Source: Bacillota bacterium
GTDB taxonomy: Bacteria > Bacillota > Clostridia > Oscillospirales > Ruminococcaceae
DNA: 48,378 nucleotides
Reading direction: 5' to 3'
Assembly: GCA_023429685.1 (NCBI GenBank)
Contig: JAEZDF010000045.1
Location: forward strand, 1 to 48,378
Part shown: piece after piece, positions 38,540-48,378 of the stretch
Layout of the letters: every line of letters starts with the position of its first letter
Numbering within the stretch: position 1 is the stretch's first letter
Translations under genes and position numbers: made by a program
The notes under the pieces: generated by a model
What the model was told of the DNA's origin: nothing
Database searches by the model: none
The model's input: the letters and a program-made list of their open reading frames with translations, nothing else

Positions 38540-39301
38540 TTAAGCCAGCGCCATGTGCTTTACAACGAGCGAATCGATGGTGCCGTTTGCAATCAGCTTT
38601 GCGAGTGTGGCGTTGATGGCTGCCATCAAATCGGGTTGACCCTTCTGAACCGCAATTGCGTAGCTTTCCTCGGTCAGTGCGTCAGGCAGAACCTCAAGTA
38701 CGCCGCCGGAGTTTGCAGCAATGGATTCTGCGGGGAGCTTGTCGATAATAACGGCATCGCATTTTCCACTAGAAAGGGCTGCGCCTGCCTCGATACCGCT
38801 CTTGAAGCGAAGAACCTCTTTGGCGGCGATGTCATCGGAGGCATAGTAGTCGCCGGTGGTGGCCTCCTGAACCGCGATGGTCAGTCCGTCGAGACTGTCA
38901 GCGGTAACGCCGCTGCCTGCTTTGATGATAACGTGCTGCGCGCTCTTTACGTACTCATCCGAGAAATCAACCTGCTCAAGACGTTCCGGCTTAATGGTCA
39001 TACCAGCAATGGCGATATCCGCTTTGCCCGACTTGACCGATTCGATTAGAAGGTCAAAGTTCATGTCTACCACCTCAAGCTCAACGCCAAGGTCGTCAGC
39101 TATCGCCTGAGCGACTTCGATGTCTACACCTGCAGGTTTGCCATCCATTATGTACTCAAATGGGGGGAACGCGGCGTTGGTTACCATAACAATCTTGCCT
39201 GCTTTTTTGATTGAGTCCAGTCTGTTCTGCGTGGACGCACAGCCTGTCATCACAAACGCAAACAACAGAACAAACGCCAAAATAAGTGCTATCTTTTTCA
39301 T
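38540..39301 (-). CDS. Polar amino acid ABC substrate-binding lipoprotein (probably arginine)
   Basis: Lipobox MTGC, FPPFEY, G.DIE, ERLEQVDFS; ARG boxes in the promoter. Confidence 0.9.
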   Translation of the reverse strand: MKKIALILAFVLLFAFVMTGCASTQNRLDSIKKAGKIVMVTNAAFPPFEYIMDGKPAGVDIEVAQAIADDLGVELEVVDMNFDLLIESVKSGKADIAIAGMTIKPERLEQVDFSDEYVKSAQHVIIKAGSGVTADSLDGLTIAVQEATTGDYYASDDIAAKEVLRFKSGIEAGAALSSGKCDAVIIDKLPAESIAANSGGVLEVLPDALTEESYAIAVQKGQPDLMAAINATLAKLIANGTIDSLVVKHMALA

Positions 39302-39351
39302 GTTCTCTCTCCTCAAATTACTTTAAAGTTACCTGCCTGTTGCAGGTTGTA

Positions 39352-39408
39352 AGAATAATTATACACGATTTCTCGTGTTGTGCAACTGGTATTATGAATA
39401 AAAATTCT
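39352..39408 (-). promoter_or_regulatory. sigA promoter with two ArgR/AhrC ARG boxes
   Basis: AGAATAATTATACA (39352-39365, over the -10) and TGAATAAAAATTCT (39395-39408); TTGCAC-N16-TATAAT. Confidence 0.7.
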
Positions 39409-39464
39409 TTAATTCTGAATATTATTGCGTGTTAAATCGCCTTTTTCAGGGGTTGTGTGAATAT

Positions 39465-40367
39465 TTATTCAGGCAATGTGTTTGATTTTCCATTTGTTAT
39501 CCAATCGCAAAGCCTCTGCATGTCCGCATGAATGGGGCTTTGCAGATGAACCGAGCACCCTGTCACCGCGTTTTCAAACCAAAGTTCGCCGCAGTGGAGC
39601 GCATGGCGTAAAATATCGGTGCGGTCGCCACCGTACATGGCGTCCCCCGCCAGGGGGTAGCCAAGATGCGAAAGATGCACGCGTATCTGATGGGTGCGCC
39701 CCGTTTCGAGCGTAAGCGATATTACCGTGTAGCCGTGTCCGCGCGCGAGCACATGATAATGGGTAACGGCGCGCTGACCGTCAGGGCTCACAATGCGGAT
39801 CTGACGCTCAGGGCAGAGTCTTCGAATGGGTACGTCGATGGTGCCGCTGTCGTCCACAAGCTCACCGCACACAACGGCGGTATACCGTTTTTTTACGCTG
39901 CCTGAAAGAGAAGACGCAATGTGACGATTTTTTGCCGCTACCACCAGCCCCGAGGTATCCCGGTCAAGGCGGTTGATGGCGCGAAACACGCTAGGGCACC
40001 CGTTTGTATGACAGTGCGCAGCAAACAGGTTGGCAAGCGTATCGGTCTGGTGTTTCTTTGATTCATGCACCGCAATCCCCGCGGGCTTATCAAATACCAC
40101 CAGGTCGTCGTCCTCATAGACGATGGGGGCGCAAATGTCGGGATTGGGAACCGACTTGATTTGGTCGTCGGGAAGATTCACGCACAGTACGTCTCCGGCT
40201 GTGACCCGCGCAACCACCGGCTGCGGCTGCCCGTTTACCGTAAGCAGACCCATCTCCTTGCGGAGTGTGGTCATCATGCGGGCAGAATAGCCGTGTACCT
40301 TTCGAAGATAGTCGCACGCCCTTGTCTCTTTGCGTCCGTCCTCGACCGTATAGGTGATTGTCCGCAC
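39465..40367 (-). CDS. RluA family pseudouridine synthase
   Basis: DKPAG, NRLDRDTSG, TGRTHQIRVH, GDAMYG, ALH. Confidence 0.93.
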   Translation of the reverse strand: MRTITYTVEDGRKETRACDYLRKVHGYSARMMTTLRKEMGLLTVNGQPQPVVARVTAGDVLCVNLPDDQIKSVPNPDICAPIVYEDDDLVVFDKPAGIAVHESKKHQTDTLANLFAAHCHTNGCPSVFRAINRLDRDTSGLVVAAKNRHIASSLSGSVKKRYTAVVCGELVDDSGTIDVPIRRLCPERQIRIVSPDGQRAVTHYHVLARGHGYTVISLTLETGRTHQIRVHLSHLGYPLAGDAMYGGDRTDILRHALHCGELWFENAVTGCSVHLQSPIHADMQRLCDWITNGKSNTLPE

Positions 40368-40408
40368 AATATTATCCTCCCGAGTTTAACCAAACAAAAC
40401 AGTGGTGA

Positions 40409-41479
40409 TTATTTTACCTCAACCGTCCAGCCGAAGGTATCCTCTATCTTGCCCCACTGGATACCCGTTAAGGTATCGTACATCTTTTGTGATACGGAGC
40501 CGATTTTGCCGTCGTTGATAATCATGACCTTGTCCTGATACCGCAGATGCCCGACGGGGGAGATTACCGCAGCGGTGCCCGAGCCGAACACCTCTTTGAG
40601 CAGCCCCTTGTCGTACGCGTCGGAAACCTCGTCTATAGATATGCGACGCTCGCTTACTTTCATGCCCCAGCTCTTCGCAATCTCGATAACCGATTTTCTG
40701 GTGATGCCCGATAGGACGCTGCCGGTAAGGGCGGGGGTTACAAGCTCGTCGCCGATGACAAAGAAGATGTTCATGGCGCCTACTTCTTCGATGTACTTGC
40801 GCTCAATGCCATCGAGCCACAGCACCTGCGAATAGTTCTGCTTCTCCGCCTCTGCCTGTCCCTTCATGGACGCCGCATAGTTACCGCCCGTCTTTGCCAT
40901 TCCTACGCCGCCACGAACGGCACGTACATAGTTGGACTCTACATAGATATTAACGGGGTTGAGTCCACCAGAATAGTATGCCCCAACGGGGGATAGGATG
41001 ACGATATAAAGATACTGCTTACCCGGATGTACGCCAAGGAACGGGTCGACGGCGATGACAAACGGACGGATGTACAGGGAGGTTCCCTCCGCTGTGGGAA
41101 TCCAGTCCTTCTCCACCTTAATCAGCTCTATTAACGATTTAAGCGCAAACTCTTCATCAATAGGAGGAATGACCATGCGATCGTTGGACTCATTGAGGCG
41201 CTTAAAGTTCTCCTGCGGGCGAAACAGCAAAATCCTGCCGTCTTGAGAAGGGTACGCTTTAAGTCCTTCAAAAATCTCCTGCCCGTAATGCAGACACATG
41301 GCGGCGGGGTCGAGCGCGAGGGGCGCATAGGGCTCGATGCGAGGACTGTGCCAGCCTTTGCCCTCATCGTAGTTCATAATGAACATGTGGTCGGTAAAAA
41401 AGCGCCCAAAGCCAAGCTTTGATTGGTCTTGTGGTTTCTCCTTTAACGTTGTCGCCAGCTTTAGTTCCAGGTCAGTCAC
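40409..41479 (-). CDS. ilvE: Branched-chain amino acid aminotransferase
   Basis: LHYGQEIFEGLKAY, LYIRP, AKTGGNY (PLP Lys), EEVGAMN, GITR, GTAAVI. GTG 41479 with GGGAG (alternative ATG 41500). Confidence 0.96.
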   Translation of the reverse strand: MTDLELKLATTLKEKPQDQSKLGFGRFFTDHMFIMNYDEGKGWHSPRIEPYAPLALDPAAMCLHYGQEIFEGLKAYPSQDGRILLFRPQENFKRLNESNDRMVIPPIDEEFALKSLIELIKVEKDWIPTAEGTSLYIRPFVIAVDPFLGVHPGKQYLYIVILSPVGAYYSGGLNPVNIYVESNYVRAVRGGVGMAKTGGNYAASMKGQAEAEKQNYSQVLWLDGIERKYIEEVGAMNIFFVIGDELVTPALTGSVLSGITRKSVIEIAKSWGMKVSERRISIDEVSDAYDKGLLKEVFGSGTAAVISPVGHLRYQDKVMIINDGKIGSVSQKMYDTLTGIQWGKIEDTFGWTVEVK

Positions 41480-41535
41480 AAAATTCTCCCTCTTCCTCAT
41501 AGCTTTTTTCGTATTCTAATGAATAAATATAAGAT

Positions 41536-41564
41536 AGTATACCACGATAAAAGTCATTTTTCAA
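41536..41564 (-). promoter_or_regulatory. sigA promoter of ilvE
   Basis: TTGAAA-N17-TATACT with TG. Confidence 0.6.
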
Positions 41565-41614
41565 CGATAGAATCATGCATACGCCGCACCATTGCGGCAC
41601 TTGGTATAAAAACG

Positions 41615-41644
41615 GAATATTTGTCCATACTCGTAGCATACAAT
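41615..41644 (+). promoter_or_regulatory. sigE-type promoter of yaaL-bofA
   Basis: ATA (41617)-N17-CATACAAT; bofA is sigE-dependent in B. subtilis. Confidence 0.65.
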
Positions 41645-41664
41645 GCAAAGAGAGGCGGTAACAT

Positions 41665-41925
41665 ATGGATCAAGCTCCACACACCCCTAAGGCGGCGTTT
41701 TGGTCGATTAAGGCGCACAAGCCCGACCAGCAAGCGCAGTACGCCGAGGAGTTAGTGAAAATTTCACAACGCATGCGCGAGGTGGAGGATCGATTTAATC
41801 TGTGCAGCGACCCCGACCTTACCGAGGCGCACATCTATGAGATGCGTGCGCTCACCGCACGATACAGCAGCGTACTCAAACAAGCGCGCGGCGAGGACGT
41901 GTCGATACAGTCGCCAACAATGTAA
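41665..41925 (+). CDS. YaaL/DUF2508 family protein
   Basis: RFNLCSDPDLTEAHIYEMRALTARYSSVLKQAR pattern; upstream of bofA. Confidence 0.8.
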   Translation: MDQAPHTPKAAFWSIKAHKPDQQAQYAEELVKISQRMREVEDRFNLCSDPDLTEAHIYEMRALTARYSSVLKQARGEDVSIQSPTM

Positions 41926-42011
41926 TATGTATTATAGGTGGCAACGCAGACGCCTTTTGAGTTGAACCCCAAATCGATGGATAACCCGACAGCAATATGA
42001 GGTGAAACAAA

Positions 42012-42275
42012 ATGACAGCGGCACAGATTATCTGGCTTGCGCTAAACGCTCTGTTTGGTATCATCCTGATAGCGGGAGGAAAAAGGCTCAAAGCCTCTTT
42101 TAAAGGGTGGCTGCTGTGCGCAGTAATGGGCTTTGGGGGACTTTTACTTATCACCTACACCGCTGGCTATACCGGTATTGCCATGAGCGTAAACCTATAT
42201 ACAGGGGCAACCTCTGTTATTCTTGGGCTGCCGGGGGTAATCTTAATGCTGGTGCTAAATCTATTGCTGGTATAG
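42012..42275 (+). CDS. bofA: Pro-sigmaK processing inhibitor BofA family
   Basis: Small multi-TM protein with VN..T...ILGLPGV; GAGGTG RBS. Confidence 0.8.
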   Translation: MTAAQIIWLALNALFGIILIAGGKRLKASFKGWLLCAVMGFGGLLLITYTAGYTGIAMSVNLYTGATSVILGLPGVILMLVLNLLLV

Positions 42276-42304
42276 CAACACAAACAGTTGAAATGAATTC
42301 ACAC

Positions 42305-42343
42305 ACAAAGCCTTTTCTTAAAACGGAAGAGGCTTTGTTTTTT
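42305..42343 (+). terminator. Intrinsic terminator after bofA
   Basis: acaaagccttttc / gaagaggctttgt stem plus a T run. Confidence 0.7.
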
Positions 42344-42373
42344 GTGTCACATATGTAAAACCCCTTGCATCCG

Positions 42374-42402
42374 TTGCGGAGCGTGCGGGAATACGTTATA
42401 AT
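42374..42402 (+). promoter_or_regulatory. sigA promoter of GNAT-mtnN-bioY
   Basis: TTGCGG-N17-TATAAT. Confidence 0.55.
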
Positions 42403-42472
42403 TGTGACGATATATAACCGTTCATCACGAATGGGCGACCGATTACAGTAGCACTACGAATGGGGATAACGT

Positions 42473-42901
42473 ATGAAACATGATATAAGATGGGGACAAA
42501 ACGACGACGTATACCGGGACGCGGCGGCACTGCGTACCGAGGTTTTTGTGGACGAGCAGAAATTTGAAGAGGAGTTTGACCAAACCGATGCGGTCGCGCA
42601 TCACATGGTTGTCTATGACGAGGATGGCTCCCCTGTTGCGACGGGTAGACTGTTTGAGGAAGATGGCGGAACCTGGCATGTCGGACGCATCTGTGCGCTC
42701 AAACGCCTGCGGGGCACGGGTCTTGGACGGGTCGTGGTAGAGGAGCTTGAGAAAATGGCAGTCTCGCTTGGTGCAAGCCGTATTATCTTGGGTGCCCAGA
42801 CCCGTGTGCAGGGCTTTTATGAGACCCTTGGCTACCGTGTTTGCGGCGACGAATACTACGAAGAGTATTGCCCTCACGTTCCGATGGAAAAACTGCTTTG
42901 A
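42473..42901 (+). CDS. GNAT acetyltransferase (ElaA/YjcF-like)
   Basis: LRTEVFVDEQ, VATGR, GRICA..RGTGLG, AQ..GFY, PH.PM.K. Confidence 0.88.
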   Translation: MKHDIRWGQNDDVYRDAAALRTEVFVDEQKFEEEFDQTDAVAHHMVVYDEDGSPVATGRLFEEDGGTWHVGRICALKRLRGTGLGRVVVEELEKMAVSLGASRIILGAQTRVQGFYETLGYRVCGDEYYEEYCPHVPMEKLL

Positions 42902-42934
42902 CAGTCTTTTGCAAGATAGAAACGAGGTAGGTTT

Positions 42935-43618
42935 ATGAAAACAATTGGCATCATTGGCGCAATGGAAAGCGAGGTTGCCCTGCTTACCGAGGCGCTCTCT
43001 CACGGTGAAAAGAAGGAATATGCTCACAACACCTTTGTGGTAGGCGATTACGGAACAAACCGATTGGTGGTTGCGTGCAGTGGAATTGGCAAGGTAAACA
43101 GCGCATGCACCGCTCAGATTATGGCTGACCAGTTTCATGTTGACTGCATCATTAACACCGGAATAGCGGGGGGATTGGCAGACGAGGTACGCGTAGGCGA
43201 TGTCGTCATCTCGGACACACTGACCTACCATGACTTTACGCTCCGTTTTTTAACCTATCGTTACCCATTTACCGAACGGTTTACGGCGGACAAGGCACTG
43301 ATTGACGCCGCGGTAGAGGCTTGCAACGAGCTGGGCAATATCACCTATTATGTGAAGAACATCGTGTCGGGCGACCAGTTTGTGACAGAGAGTGCTGTAA
43401 AGAACCGCATTCGCGAGTGTTCGGATGCCTATTGTGTGGAGATGGAGGGCGCCTCAATTGCACATGCTTGCGCGATGAATGATATTCCGTTTGTGGTGAT
43501 ACGCACCGTATCGGACAACGCCGACGACGATGCCGAGATGACCTTTGAGCAGTTTGCGGAGCAGACGGCAAGGGTATCCGCCCGGATTGTCCTTGCAATG
43601 TCTGAAAAAATATCCTAA
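42935..43618 (+). CDS. mtnN: 5'-methylthioadenosine/S-adenosylhomocysteine nucleosidase
   Basis: IGIIGAMESE, SGIGKVN, NTGIAG, SGDQF, EMEGA, RTVSD. Confidence 0.95.
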   Translation: MKTIGIIGAMESEVALLTEALSHGEKKEYAHNTFVVGDYGTNRLVVACSGIGKVNSACTAQIMADQFHVDCIINTGIAGGLADEVRVGDVVISDTLTYHDFTLRFLTYRYPFTERFTADKALIDAAVEACNELGNITYYVKNIVSGDQFVTESAVKNRIRECSDAYCVEMEGASIAHACAMNDIPFVVIRTVSDNADDDAEMTFEQFAEQTARVSARIVLAMSEKIS

Positions 43619-43655
43619 ACAGCGCGAACAAATTGAAAGGCAAGGTATTTTTACG

Positions 43656-44198
43656 ATGAAATCTTCCGTGTATACAAGAACGCAAACAAAAAGCATGGTT
43701 TTGTGCGCCTTGTTTGCTGCCGCAACAGCGGTGCTTTCTCAGCTTTCCATTCCCCTGCCCTTTACGCCCGTGCCCATCAACCTCGCTACTCTGGCGATTT
43801 TTATCGCAGGCGGTCTGCTCGGACCGGTTTTCGGTTCGATCAGCCTAACCGTATACGTGATACTGGGTGCTGTGGGGTTGCCGGTTTTTGCGCAGTTTTC
43901 GGGTGGCGTCGGCATCATCCTAGGACCCACCGGCGGATACATACTCGGCTATATCGGGGCTGCCTTTATAACAGGACTGATTGCAAAACGTCTTTCTCAT
44001 AGCTTCTGGGGCAATGTTATAGCAATGACCGCCGGTCTTGCAGTTTGCTATGCCATGGGCACCGCGTGGTTTATGATAAGCACCGGCACCGGGCTGTTGG
44101 CGGCACTTGGCATGTGCGTGGTTCCCTTCCTTATCGGCGATGCGCTTAAGATTGCGTGCGCGGCGTTCCTTGTAAATCGGCTTGCCCGTCATGTGTAA
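43656..44198 (+). CDS. bioY: Biotin ECF S-component BioY
   Basis: PVPINLAT, YVILGAVGLPVFA, GPTGGY, PFLIGD..K. Confidence 0.93.
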   Translation: MKSSVYTRTQTKSMVLCALFAAATAVLSQLSIPLPFTPVPINLATLAIFIAGGLLGPVFGSISLTVYVILGAVGLPVFAQFSGGVGIILGPTGGYILGYIGAAFITGLIAKRLSHSFWGNVIAMTAGLAVCYAMGTAWFMISTGTGLLAALGMCVVPFLIGDALKIACAAFLVNRLARHV

Positions 44199-44583
44199 AC
44201 AGACGGCACTTCGTCCGCACCATATACTTTGTATCTCTCACTTTATCGGCAATGGGTATGATGAGCGCTTTGTTCGTAACATGACCGAGATTGTTACGGC
44301 ATTAAGCAACGATAACCCGCATGTTACGCTCGTCATGGGTGCTGATGCAATCTGCTCGGCGTGCCCGCACAACACCCAAGGCGGGTGCGACCAGCAGGAA
44401 AAGGTTGTACGGTACGACACCGCCTGCCTATCTTTGTTGGGGCTGCATGAGGGGGACACGCTACCATGGCAGCAGCTATGCCGCTTAGCAAAAGACCGCA
44501 TTCTGGATGCGGGGCGACTGGTTGCGGTGTGTGGCGACTGCGGGTGGTACGCGCTGTGTGAAAAAATGCGAAACGGACGATGA
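44191..44583 (+). CDS. DUF1284 family Cys/His-rich protein
   Basis: LRPHHILC..F.G.GY, DAICSACP, CGDCGW...C. Overlaps the bioY stop. Confidence 0.8.
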   Translation: MCKQTALRPHHILCISHFIGNGYDERFVRNMTEIVTALSNDNPHVTLVMGADAICSACPHNTQGGCDQQEKVVRYDTACLSLLGLHEGDTLPWQQLCRLAKDRILDAGRLVAVCGDCGWYALCEKMRNGR

Positions 44584-44622
44584 GCAAACCATATCATTAT
44601 TAAAAGCAAAGAGAAGTATAAA

Positions 44623-44667
44623 ACATAAAGGGAGCATGGACGAATAAACGCCATGCTCCCTTTATGT
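44623..44667. terminator. Bidirectional terminator between DUF1284 and rnpB
   Basis: 17-bp inverted repeat acataaagggagcatgg / ccatgctccctttatgt. Confidence 0.75.
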
Positions 44668-45004
44668 GCGACTAAACCTATAAGCCGAGTTCTGTATTTG
44701 ACTGTAATCTGTCTGGGCCCCGCGTTGCCGCAGGGGCTCAAGCCACCCTTCTGGGAATGCCGGGCAGGCTTAACTCCCAAGTCGGTGTTGCTCCGGATAG
44801 GGTTTGCAGGGCCGCGCAGTCGCCTGCGCGCCGGTGAGCTCTTACCTCGCCTTTCCACCCTTACCAGCCGAAGCTGGCGGTATATCTCTGTTGCACTTTC
44901 CCTAGAGTCGCCTCCGGCGGCCGTTAGCCGTTATCCTTGCCCTGTGGAGCTCGGACTTTCCTCACACGCGGTTTAAGCGCGCGCCACAGTCTGGTTTACT
45001 CGCA
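44667..45004 (-). ncRNA. rnpB: RNase P RNA (type A)
   Basis: Minus strand GAGGAAAGTCCG, GGAAAGTGCAACAGA, AAGGGTGGAAAGG, GGTAAGAG, ACAGAACTCGGCTTA; P1 pairing between the two ends. Confidence 0.96.
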
Positions 45005-45010
45005 CTGAAT

Positions 45011-45039
45011 ATTGTAACGTTTAATACGCAGCTTGTCAA
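45011..45039 (-). promoter_or_regulatory. sigA promoter of rnpB
   Basis: TTGACA-N17-TACAAT. Confidence 0.8.
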
Positions 45040-45041
45040 AC

Positions 45042-45077
45042 AAAAAGCACCGAAGAATGTTTTCCATCCTCCGGCGC
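45042..45077 (-). terminator. Intrinsic terminator after the TM2 gene
   Basis: Minus strand gcgccggaggatg / cattcttcggtgc stem plus U5. Confidence 0.65.
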
Positions 45078-45111
45078 CCTGTGTGTATTTTAGTTTGCTT
45101 ATGGCGCAAAA

Positions 45112-45528
45112 TTATTCCTTAAGCGGAACACCCTTTGCGTCTACGTTGGTGCTGCCTGTAAGAATCATAATACCTTCGATAAGACCCCATATCCCTGATA
45201 CGGGAGAAAGGAACCCACAGGAAAGCAATGAGATTAACAGCTGCGCTAACGCCTTGCCGGTAAAGCCGAGGTAGAAATTATGTATACCAAGCGCGCCAAG
45301 GAAGATACCCAGAAGACCGGCAACCAGCTTGCTCTTCTGCTCGGTTCCCGTAGGAGCCATTGGCTGACCAGAAAGCTGATAGCCACACTTTACGCACACG
45401 ACAGCAAGCGGATCGCACTGTTGTGCGCAGTTGGGGCAATAGCCGGAGCCTCCGCCCACAGAAGCGCCGCACTGTGTGCAAACACTTGCACCCTGAAACA
45501 GTTCATTGCCGCAGTTTTTGCAATACAT
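45112..45528 (-). CDS. Double zinc-ribbon + TM2 domain membrane protein
   Basis: Four CxxC pairs, then KSKLVAGLLGIFLGALGIHNFYLG (TM2/NINE signature). Confidence 0.88.
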   Translation of the reverse strand: MYCKNCGNELFQGASVCTQCGASVGGGSGYCPNCAQQCDPLAVVCVKCGYQLSGQPMAPTGTEQKSKLVAGLLGIFLGALGIHNFYLGFTGKALAQLLISLLSCGFLSPVSGIWGLIEGIMILTGSTNVDAKGVPLKE

Positions 45529-45672
45529 GATCCATCACCCATTCCGCCGCTGTGCTTCGGCATTTGTTTATTATCAGAACAAGAGCTTGTCATTGCACAG
45601 TGTCTGACAGCCCTCCGCACATAGAGTACCCATAACAAATTACAGCTACCATTCGTGCATTATGCAAATTGA

Positions 45673-45701
45673 ATTATAGCACATTAAACTGCTAATATCA
45701 A
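45673..45701 (-). promoter_or_regulatory. sigA promoter of the TM2 gene
   Basis: TTGATA-N17-TATAAT with TG. Confidence 0.6.
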
Positions 45702-45885
45702 TAACGTCGATAAAAAGATTCCCATATATTTGTGTGCGATTTTCGGCTCGATAACTGCCGTTTTGCAGGATTTTTAATCAAATCATGCAGTTTCTACTCG
45801 GTTACAGTTGTGTCAAATATTAGTTTTTTAATTCTATATTTACCATTAATCGTAATTAAAAGTTAAAAAAAGTTAAATGATATTC

Positions 45886-45914
45886 TTGCAAAAGGTTGCC
45901 AAAACAATTATACT
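45886..45914 (+). promoter_or_regulatory. sigA promoter of gdhA
   Basis: TTGCAA-N17-TATACT. Confidence 0.6.
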
Positions 45915-45936
45915 AAAATTCAGGTTCAGTTTGTAA

Positions 45937-47451
<1,515 letters not shown>

Positions 47452-47494
47452 TACCATACGATTTAAAAAGAGGCTGAAGCAAAACAGCCTATAT

Positions 47495-47543
47495 AAAGCA
47501 GAGCCGAAGCGGCTGCAAAAGCAGACACTTCGGCTCTGCTTTT
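47495..47543 (+). terminator. Intrinsic terminator after gdhA
   Basis: aaagcagagccgaag / cttcggctctgcttt stem. Confidence 0.75.
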
Positions 47544-47762
47544 GTATAATTGAGTTGGTGAGCAACAATTAGCACCGTGTCAGTTATACCAAAAAGAAAC
47601 ACGCACTCGGTACTAAGGTAACAGTTGTGTATTCTTTTTCACATGAGCTGCTTTTTCTTCTGTATACCACAGATTAAGACCGTGCAAAGGGGCTGTCGAA
47701 ATCATACATTTTGCCCCGAGCCCCAACCAGAAGACATAAACTCAATATTACATGATAAAACG

Positions 47763-47801
47763 AAAAGTCATGTACGAGTTGTAATCCTCATACATGACTT
47801 T
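47763..47801 (-). terminator. Terminator of the tRNA operon
   Basis: aaagtcatgta / tacatgacttt stem with a U-rich tail on the - strand, 4 nt after the tRNA-Glu CCA. Confidence 0.65.
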
Positions 47802-47805
47802 AGTA

Positions 47806-47880
47806 TGGTGACCCGGACGGGAATCGAACCCGTGATACCGCCGTGAAAGGGCGGTGTCTTAACCGCTTGACCACCGGGCC
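47806..47880 (-). tRNA. tRNA-Glu (TTC)
   Basis: GGCCCGGTGGTCAAGCGGTTAAGACACCGCCCTTTCACGGCGG...GGTTCGATTCC...ACCA cloverleaf. Confidence 0.97.
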
Positions 47881-47954
47881 ATACAATACCGATTTTTCGT
47901 GAAAGCACGCGTTACCACTTTGGGTAGTAAACGCCACCTGAAAGGTGGCGTTGT

Positions 47955-48031
47955 TGGTAGCGGTAGTAGGATTCGAACCGACGACACTGCGGGTATGAAC
48001 CGCATGCTCTAGCCACCTGAGCTATACCGCC
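47955..48031 (-). tRNA. tRNA-Met (CAT), elongator type
   Basis: GGCGGTATAGCTCAGGTGGCTAGAGCATGCGGTTCATACCCGCA...TTCGAAT...ACCA; G1-U72 pair and no GGG/CCC initiator stem. Confidence 0.93.
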
Positions 48032-48072
48032 ATTTACTTTTGTCGCTGCTCTGCGAGCACCGAGCGAATTAA

Positions 48073-48101
48073 ATTATAATATATCCAGAGAGGGTTGTCA
48101 A
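48073..48101 (-). promoter_or_regulatory. Consensus sigA promoter of the tRNA operon
   Basis: TTGACA-N17-TATAAT. Confidence 0.85.
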
Positions 48102-48378
48102 TACATTTTTTCGACGAAATACAAATATGATTTGCATACAAAAGCCGCTCTCAGATTCTTACATTTTGCAGTCCGCGTCATCGGTGACGTTGTTGGCGGC
48201 AAGTATGTCCTTTACCCTACTAATCAATGGCGCGGGGCAAACAGATAACCTACAAGCTGCACTGAAGTATCCGTCTAGTTGGCGCTTAAAGCAGCCGTGC
48301 TTCGTCACAATCCCCTAAATACAAAAAAACTCGATAAAACGCTTGATTTTCCCTTGATTATTTGATAAGATACTACTG

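Noticed and set aside
42443..43231. 262-aa - strand ORF
   Set aside because: Antisense to the GNAT gene and mtnN, both well supported.
44238..44976. ORFs 44238..44858 (-) and 44653..44976 (+)
   Set aside because: They overlap the RNase P RNA and DUF1284; spurious.
45529..45665. Riboswitch in the ~140-nt TM2 gene leader
   Set aside because: No recognisable aptamer consensus or convincing nested stems by eye.
47545..47760. Possible IS remnant or gene between gdhA and the tRNAs (ORF 47625..47846)
   Set aside because: No transposase similarity or terminal repeats seen; the ORF runs into tRNA-Glu.
47955..48031. C-U mismatch in the tRNA-Met T-stem as a pseudo-tRNA or att-site scar
   Set aside because: A single mismatch is tolerated, CCA is intact, and no duplicated 3' end or integrase is nearby.

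Overview
Core-genome window of a spore-forming, moderately GC-rich Clostridia-class Firmicute (gene order and protein style suggest Oscillospiraceae/Ruminococcaceae; taxonomy is an inference). Most genes are on the - strand. Contents: a cotJA-cotJB spore coat operon (cut by the window edge); a dcw cluster (mraZ, rsmH, ftsL-like, spoVD, murE, murF, mraY, ftsW/spoVE, murG, murA, ftsQ/divIB, ftsZ) with no murD or ftsA in it; rsmD-coaD-SepIVA-like; uvrC; ptsH; ylxM-ffh-rpsP-khpA-rimM-trmD-DUF554; a MacB/FtsX-type ABC operon with a membrane-anchored COG1361-like surface protein; YhhN; Dabb; comM-rlmH-MBL hydrolase-GNAT-second murA; a LysM/G5/M23 peptidase; a polar amino acid ABC transporter with ARG boxes; RluA-family synthase; ilvE; yaaL-bofA; GNAT-mtnN-bioY-DUF1284; RNase P RNA; a TM2 protein; gdhA; tRNA-Glu and tRNA-Met. 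I found no CRISPR array, transposase, integrase, prophage or defence system. The best leads are a possibly FtsA-independent division set (non-canonical FtsZ tail, small membrane gene after ftsZ, SepIVA-like gene), a low-GC N-terminal domain that looks swapped into the ABC-associated surface protein, tandem palindromic operators at ylxM-ffh, and structured leaders on the M23 peptidase gene and gdhA. All product calls come from motif recognition by eye; no database searches were run.
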